Shown here one piece after another: positions 56,601-64,000 of a stretch of 64,000 bases of DNA (the first letter of the stretch is position 1; each line of letters starts with the position of its first letter). Source of the DNA: Eledone cirrhosa (taxonomy: Eukaryota); the NCBI GenBank assembly GCA_964016885.1, contig OZ024752.1, forward strand, positions 1,426,001 to 1,490,000, in the 5' to 3' direction. Under the pieces are notes generated by a model. The model worked only from the letters and a program-made list of their open reading frames with translations, did no database searches and was not told the origin of the DNA. A program made the position numbers and the translations under genes.

Positions 56601-56603
<3 letters not shown>
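56411..56603 (+). mobile_element. Second copy of the palindromic half-HHR mini-element
   Basis: Palindrome 56411-56520. Homologous to 49304-49497 in opposite orientation. Confidence 0.85.
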
Positions 56604-56676
<73 letters not shown>

Positions 56677-57755
56677 TTCGTTTTCTTTATTTCTTTATTT
56701 CTTTTGCAAGTTTTCTCATCTGAGATCATGTGTTGAAACACATATTGTTATAATTTGACAGGATCAAGTTGTCAATAAAATCACACGCACCTATGGCTTT
56801 CACTTCATTTATTACAAACTTCCAGTTGGCTGGTTTAATGACGAAATGTTTGTTTATTTTTTTATTGTCAAAACACTCTCGTCACACATTCTGTGACCTC
56901 TTCTGTAACTAATTTGTTGTTTTGTGTCTCTTCTTCGGTCCGTTCCAGACCATCATGTTTTTTGTCTGCTCTGCGCCAAATCCGGGTGTGTATTTATTTA
57001 TTTATAGGTTTATTTACTTGTCACTTATTGGTGTGGGACTGGTTAGTTTTATTAGTTATGTGTCTCTGTATGTTTTTATCTTTTCCTTAATTACTATTTG
57101 TGTTGCTGTTCCTATCCCAATCATATTTACTGGGTAATCTCTGTTGGAGTTCCTTTATGTTACTCGATTTTGTAATCCGCGATAATTTGTTTTTTTCTCT
57201 TAAACGATTACAAAATATTGAATAACCATGAGAAATTTAAGGTAATATCTAATTACGGATTCCATATTTAGAACAACGTCACATTAAGACAGCGTTGTTG
57301 ATGGTACAATTACAGTAAACATTATGCCACTTCAATAAGCTATTGATGTATATCTTACACATGAAAATAACAAATTCCCTTATAGTAAGTATAGTGTATA
57401 ATGCTATGTTATGCATAAAATATTTTGTTACACATACAATACAACAATAGTTATTATGACAATTATTTGTATTAAATATTTTGTTAAACTAAGATAGCTC
57501 TTTGATTAATATGTTCATTAATATTAAGATCTTTCTACTGATTAACTACATTTCTTATTTAGTTGCTGATTTGTTATTTAGAAATTGTTGTAAATACACT
57601 GACTGAAGAATGCCACATTATTACCGTAATATTACATCGAAATCTCAATACACATCTCTAATAGAATAAACATATATTAAGCATGTTATTATATACATGC
57701 TCATCAATAAGACTACATATCAAATGAGTAGCGTGAACCCTATTAACATGATATG

Positions 57756-57757
<2 letters not shown>

Positions 57758-57841
<84 letters not shown>

Positions 57842-57872
57842 CACACACATACACACACACACATACACACAC

Positions 57873-57916
<44 letters not shown>

Positions 57917-57979
57917 ACACACACACCACACACACACACACACCACACACACACACACACACCACACACAAACACACAC
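57758..57979. repeat. (CA)n microsatellite
   Basis: Direct observation. Confidence 0.97.
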
Positions 57980-59163
57980 CTATATATATGTATATATGCA
58001 AGGATGACAATTACAAAACAAAGTACTAAGTCACATTTGTTTGTGCTCATTAATTAATGTAATATTAATATTTCTGGATCGAGTTTCGATATATTACCTA
58101 AATAAGTTATAAGATCTGTATTATTACATAATTCATTACCGTAGGCTGCTTGGTAATACTTTACAGAGGCACTTCAAAGAATAATGTTAGCGAAGCTAGT
58201 GAACACATAAAGCAGTCTATATAGAGAGATGCGTACAGACATACATACTCTCCCCACTTCCACATAACCACATATACACGCGTGCATACATATTTACACT
58301 CACAGCTATACATATAATTTCATTCTCACAAACATGTATATATATAAATGCGAATGCGTGTATCCTCCTATGAAGTATTATTTTAATTGTCATTTGAAGA
58401 AAATGCTTGAGATGTTAGTAGCATGGCTAGCGTTCTGGAATTCGGCCAATGAATGGTACGCATGGCTCATTAGGCAAATGGGGAGTGGCCATACGTGTAA
58501 ATCTAAGATGACCTCTGTAACCATAGAAGGTTGATGCAAATGTGTTAGTTGGTAGTGGGTTATTATTTTGTTGGTAGTTAGCCAATCAATAGTTTGTGTG
58601 ACTTATTAAGCTAATGGTGGGTTGTTACAAGTTCAAATAATGCTGACAGTAGAGAGGGAAGTATACGGAACAAGAAACAGTAATCTAGGAAAAATTAAGG
58701 GGTTTGTAGTGGCTGGAGTAGTTGTGGTTATAGAAGAAAGGTAGACAAGGAAAAGGTATAGAAGAAGATGGGACGGATAATATTGTCAATTATAGGAGCG
58801 TCTTTGATGTCAAATAAAGAAAGATACATGCGTCAGTCTGGTTCCATGTTGTATGTAACACTTATGGAGCTATGATCATGACAATGTAAATCTTATGAGA
58901 CTTTAAATAAATGATAATTACCCTCTGTAAGTATAGGTTTCACGTTCACATTAACAGTAAGTGTGGGGATTATGGGTTCGAATCGTGAATAGTCATATCA
59001 ATTGGTGTGGTGGGTGATGCATATGTGCTAGTACGGTTCTATATATATACATACTTTCTTAAACGTGTCCCCTAGCTTTCATATCTATCTTCTTGGACAC
59101 GTCTCTGATGAGATGCGTGGAAAGTATTGCGAGACTTTATGTGATAATGAGTTATGTAATAAT

Positions 59164-59278
59164 TGTTTCTACTTTTGGCACAAGGCCAGCAATTACCCAG
59201 TGCATTACTGGTACTTTATTTTATCGACCCCGTAAGGATGAAAGGCAAAGTTAACCTCGGCGGGGTTTGAACTCACCG
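59164..59278 (-). mobile_element. 5'-truncated SINE family A with 18-bp TSD
   Basis: TSD aatgagttatgtaataat at 59146-59163 and 59279-59296. Confidence 0.92.
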
Positions 59279-60213
59279 AATGAGTTATGTAATAATGCAG
59301 ATCTTATAGTCTATTTTACAACGCAATGAAACACGTGTCAGCATCCCCAATAGTTAAATGAATTAATGAACATCTTCAAATGTTCCTTGACGACAGTTGT
59401 AGAAACTTACCTACTTATAATTCCATGGATTATATATAATGGATTAATTAATCATATACGTTGATACACATTGAAATCAACTGGGTAATTGTAATAATGT
59501 ACTGCTACTTCCATATCACATATAAGTCCAAATCCTCGGCCTGTGCAGTAACCACTGTGCAGTGTCTATCCTCCCAGAACGTCCTTTCTCTGGAATGTTT
59601 TCCAGCATTTTAAACTGAACATCAGCAGCTTCAATCTCACCTGTCCTAGAGAATATGCAAAAGTCTGAATGAAGATATTGCTCCAATGGGAGCAATACCT
59701 TCATTCAGACCTGGAATATAATAATTAAAAAAATAATAACACTATTCCCTACCACATCGACTCACGAGGAACCACTTATCATTGCCACTAACACAATAAA
59801 AGCCACTAAACACTCGGCAGACCACCGCTCACCACTGCATCATCAATTCAAGATAGATAATCACTAAGAAATCACCAGAAAAGTTCCATCACCACCATTC
59901 CAACGCCACTACTAATAAAATAGAAACATTGACAGAATCAATCTGGTCAGTCAAAATATACTGATACACTTTTAAACGGAATAACGCCTGATGTGAGGAT
60001 ATGTTGTTGCCCTTCCTAAATCTATCCGCCCCCTTTAAATTAACACAGGAAATGTTTCAAGTATGGAGACGGGCAGAGTATATATGATAGAGGGAGAATA
60101 AGCTAATATCATTAACATTAAAAACAATTATAGGGATACAGTCTCAAGAAAAGAAAGCTTTTGTAAAAGACAGGATGGTACAATGTAGAATGCATTGCAA
60201 TATATACATACAT

Positions 60214-60299
<86 letters not shown>

Positions 60300-61267
60300 G
60301 GTACACAGAAATAACGACACAATCGGTACAGTATATAGAAGGGATATATTAGGTTTACGCTTGAAATAGCAGGAAGAGCGTCTTAACATTTCGCACGCTA
60401 TTCCTTCATTAGAAGAAAGAATGAGAAATAAAACAGATTGAAGGGACGGGCGGGTTAGAATTGGAAAAAATGTCTTTAGATAAAAATAACAGGTCCATTC
60501 ATGTTGACACCTCTTGCAAAACAGTTGTTGCTGGCGTTTTGTGTATGATTTATTTTTTAGAAAAGTGGATGATGGAGCGCGTCTACCTCAAATGGAAAAA
60601 TAACCGTTTCGTAAAAAGAGCTATACTTGTGCACGTGCGTAAGTGTGTGTGTGTGTAAGGGGGGGGGGGTGTAAATAGAAATGCCAAAAGAAAATCAATG
60701 AGTTAGGGAAAAAGAAGTGATATAGAAGCGAAGTAACAAAAGAACATTTCATGAAGTTGAAACGGGAAGCAACTATCAGTACAAATAATTTCACATAGGC
60801 ACACATACAAACTTACATATGTTGCGTTGGAAACGTTATGATCAAAGAACGATGTCTCTCCTTTTGAATTTCAATAACATTTATCTCGTTATTCTTTTCC
60901 TATTTCTTTATTTCTCCACTGACGTATATCTCTCTCTTTCCCTATTTCTGTCCACTTCTTAGTTTTCATAATCTTTTTTTCTTTTTTGTTCTTGCTTATT
61001 CTCAATTTCGTATTTATCCAGACTCACATTATCTCCCCTTCTCCACAAAATGGATAAAGAGATTCAAATCTAAAAGAAAATTGGTAGATTATGTTTCTGA
61101 GAATAGAGTAAAATAAACAAAAATAGATTTAATACAAATTACTATTTCATACATCCTTATAAATATTACTCTTACCGATTTGGTGGAGTAAGGAGCAATA
61201 ATATATATTGTTTGTGGTTGTTCTCTGTCATAATTTCTGAGTAAAAGCCGGAAAGACATAGAAAATG

Positions 61268-61347
<80 letters not shown>

Positions 61348-61419
61348 ATTGCTTTGTATGGACTACGCTGCAATATATATGTCACAATGCTTCGTATTCA
61401 CTACACTACTATATATATA

Positions 61420-61895
61420 TTGTTATATTTCCGAGGGGTTCTATTGTTATAATATCTCACTGTTTGGTTTCGATTGGTTTTCACTTCTGTATATTTTATA
61501 TCCCTACCCTATAGATAATATAGTTGGCAATCAATGTTTATCATTGATTGACCAAGAGTTAAATATATATATATATATATATATTGTATCAAAGATCTTT
61601 CGTCGTACACCTGTGACATCATCAGTGGTACTGTTATTTTTCCTCCTGTTGTATTGTAATGTCTATTCCATTTTTTTTCATTAAATAAAAACTTTGACAG
61701 ACTATATGTATATACATATATTTATATCTATATTTTTAACCCTTAGTCAATCAATGATAAACATTGATTGCCAGCTAAATTAACTATAGGGATATAAAAT
61801 ATGCAGAGGCGAAAACCAATCGAAACCAAACAGTGAGTGCGTTTTATTATGATTTCTGGCAATGTTATAACCATATGACCCTCCCCAAATATAAT
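61420..61895. repeat. Inverted pair of a short repeat family
   Basis: 61420-61562 pairs with ~61733-61895. Internal hairpin caatcaatg/cattgattg. Related to 15675-15836. Confidence 0.8.
61586..61631 (-). ncRNA. Minimal type I hammerhead with palindromic helix III
   Basis: GTAcCA-CTGATGA-tGTC..GAC-GAAA-GATC-TT^TGaTAC. Confidence 0.75.
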
Positions 61896-61930
61896 ATTTG
61901 ATTCAACACACGATTTCATATCAAAAACGT

Positions 61931-61983
<53 letters not shown>

Positions 61984-62299
61984 CAATACTTAATACTTAT
62001 GCGGTGCCCCAATCCATTAGTATATACACAGTTATCTATTAACTCTGCACCTACACTTAGTCAGCCATCGAACTCTGTTCTCATCTATGGTGTTTCCAGC
62101 CCATAAAGTTATATATTATTTATCCGCGCGTTTAAGGCATGTATTTGTGTTTATTTTCTAAATACAATTCAATAGAAGATTTAGTAGAAAATCAGTTATT
62201 AAGATTAATTTGTGTTAATTCTGAAAGTTATTATTTACAAATTTCATATCTCGTGTTCATGAATACAAGGATTCTGTTAAATTTCGATATCTCAACTTA

Positions 62300-63800
62300 A
62301 CGCACTACAATATTTGACATCAATATATACTTGGATATCTTATAAATGATTTTGTTTCCATTTCTATTTCTATTTCATTCTTTTGAAAACATTTAATGTT
62401 GAATATAAAGAAAGAAAAAAAAACGTCTTTTCCTCAAGTAGGATTCCTGCCAATTTGAACATAATACAATCATGGGTATCTAGATTATTGGCAGTTGAAT
62501 TTGAATAGTGAATACGGAAATAATCTACAGCCTAAAGCTCCATTTTCCCATGACATTTGTAGTTTTTATTTTACATTTTTTTCTGTTTCTCAATATTCAC
62601 TGTATTCCTTATTCCTAATGGTATTATTGAAGAGAAAGCCTTAATGACATTATCACGTAGCTTGGAGGAACGAGAACAATCTAACATAGCGGGCTAATCT
62701 ACCTCTAGGGAAGTTTGGAAGCTGAAGCAGGTTAACCAGTATTGACAGAGAGTGATAATACTGACCAAAAATATAAAGAAAATAGAAAGAATATTTTGAA
62801 AATGCACTTGTATTCAGCTGTCCTTAATTACATATTGATGTCATGGTTTCATTTTCAGCTGGGAAATATTTCTCGCAGCTACTAGACACAAAACTCTATG
62901 GTAAAAGCAATACGCATTAATAAAGACATAGTCGGTTTATGTTGATGAAGGAAACAATCATAGAATATAGGTTTGGCAAAGGATGAAACAGGATGACATT
63001 CGAAATGTTGTTCCATAGTTTATTGTCATAGCATTGTTATTAATTAATAGTATTCTCTCACCAAGCTGCTAAAGGCTATCGAATACGTTTCGATTTACTT
63101 ATAGTAAGTTGTAGTACACCTGACTTTGAAAATCTATTAGCAGATCTGTAAAGGAACCCAATAATACCATATATGTGTGCATAGACGCCTGGATATAACA
63201 TATCTTTCCTGTAATCAATTAACCCTTTTGGGTATACTACTTTAAAATAATTCAAATTATTTCCAATTGTAAATTCACTTTTCCCGAACATTATTTGAAA
63301 ACCTGTTTTCAAGTAACAGACAATATTCTCAAATTGTGTAATATATATATTTTTAAACACACAATTAACGCTTGGACTGAAAATTAAAATATTTGTCCTC
63401 ATGTCTTTATTGCTGCTTGTTGTTCTTGTTTAGGCATAAGAAAACTAAGACAAACAGTCACGCGTGCTAGAACTAAATCCCAGTGTATCTAGCGTTAAAA
63501 TAAGTAGTATCATTTAATCTGTGAAAGAAAGTAAAGCATACTTTCGGCGATATTTGGCTGTTATTCCAACTTACTAGCATATAGATTGAACGTTTCCTTA
63601 GCTTTCGCGATATTAGCGATATAAGTGATGTTCTATAGAAATGTTGAATACATATATATAGAATGTTGAAATGATTATGTTCGCCCATTATAATAGCGGC
63701 TAAGGTGTAGAGGATGTTAAAGCATCGGGAGGTCAATGAAACATTTGATACTAAGTAGGACTATACCATCGTCATCCCAACATATTTGTAATTTATTATT
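62300..63800 (-). pseudogene. Heavily decayed L1-like ORF2 remnant
   Basis: Remnants resembling YRPISL, DFxKAFD, GxPQG and LxWExGGL (QMSWENGALG) in colinear order. Many stops. Confidence 0.35.
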
Positions 63801-64000
63801 TCGAATTCAAGGTATTTTGCCATAAATATTTAATATCAGCGAAGTCGATTAGAAAGAAAAAAACATCAGAGAGTAATTTTAAATGAGAAAGTTAAAAAGA
63901 TGCCATTACATTAAGCTATATTTTCTGTGTTACTTAACTGATTGAGATATTTGCCTGCCTCAGCCTTTTGAAATAGTAGGAGAGGAATATGTTATGATTG

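Noticed and set aside
59516-59712. Possible minus-strand exon after ttccag acceptor
   Set aside because: No recognisable protein or partner exon, and it overlaps a hairpin likely of TE origin.
63076-63402. 108-aa ORF as host gene
   Set aside because: Better explained as a decayed LINE RT remnant.

Overview
AT-rich, microsatellite-dense eukaryotic non-coding DNA (intergenic or a large intron). The repeat content suggests an octopod cephalopod, which is inference only. No host protein-coding gene, tRNA or rRNA could be supported, and most listed ORFs are translations of (TA)n, (CA)n or (GA)n tracts. The window is a transposon graveyard. It holds a non-autonomous Helitron, about 14 copies of one tRNA-derived SINE, two CORE-type SINEs, Tx1/L1 fragments, a near full-length but frameshifted RTE LINE with three C-terminal C2H2 fingers, two R4/Dong-type 3' fragments in (TAA)n, and two Penelope-like elements (PLEs). 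The most interesting signal, found by eye, is a high density of type I hammerhead ribozyme (HHR) motifs, about 6 well-formed and about 10 degenerate or half motifs. They sit in several unrelated short non-coding elements, often within (TA)n tracts. Several of these elements are fold-back palindromes whose turn-around point is helix II of the ribozyme. All structure calls are manual and need computational and biochemical confirmation. Coordinates of decayed elements are approximate.
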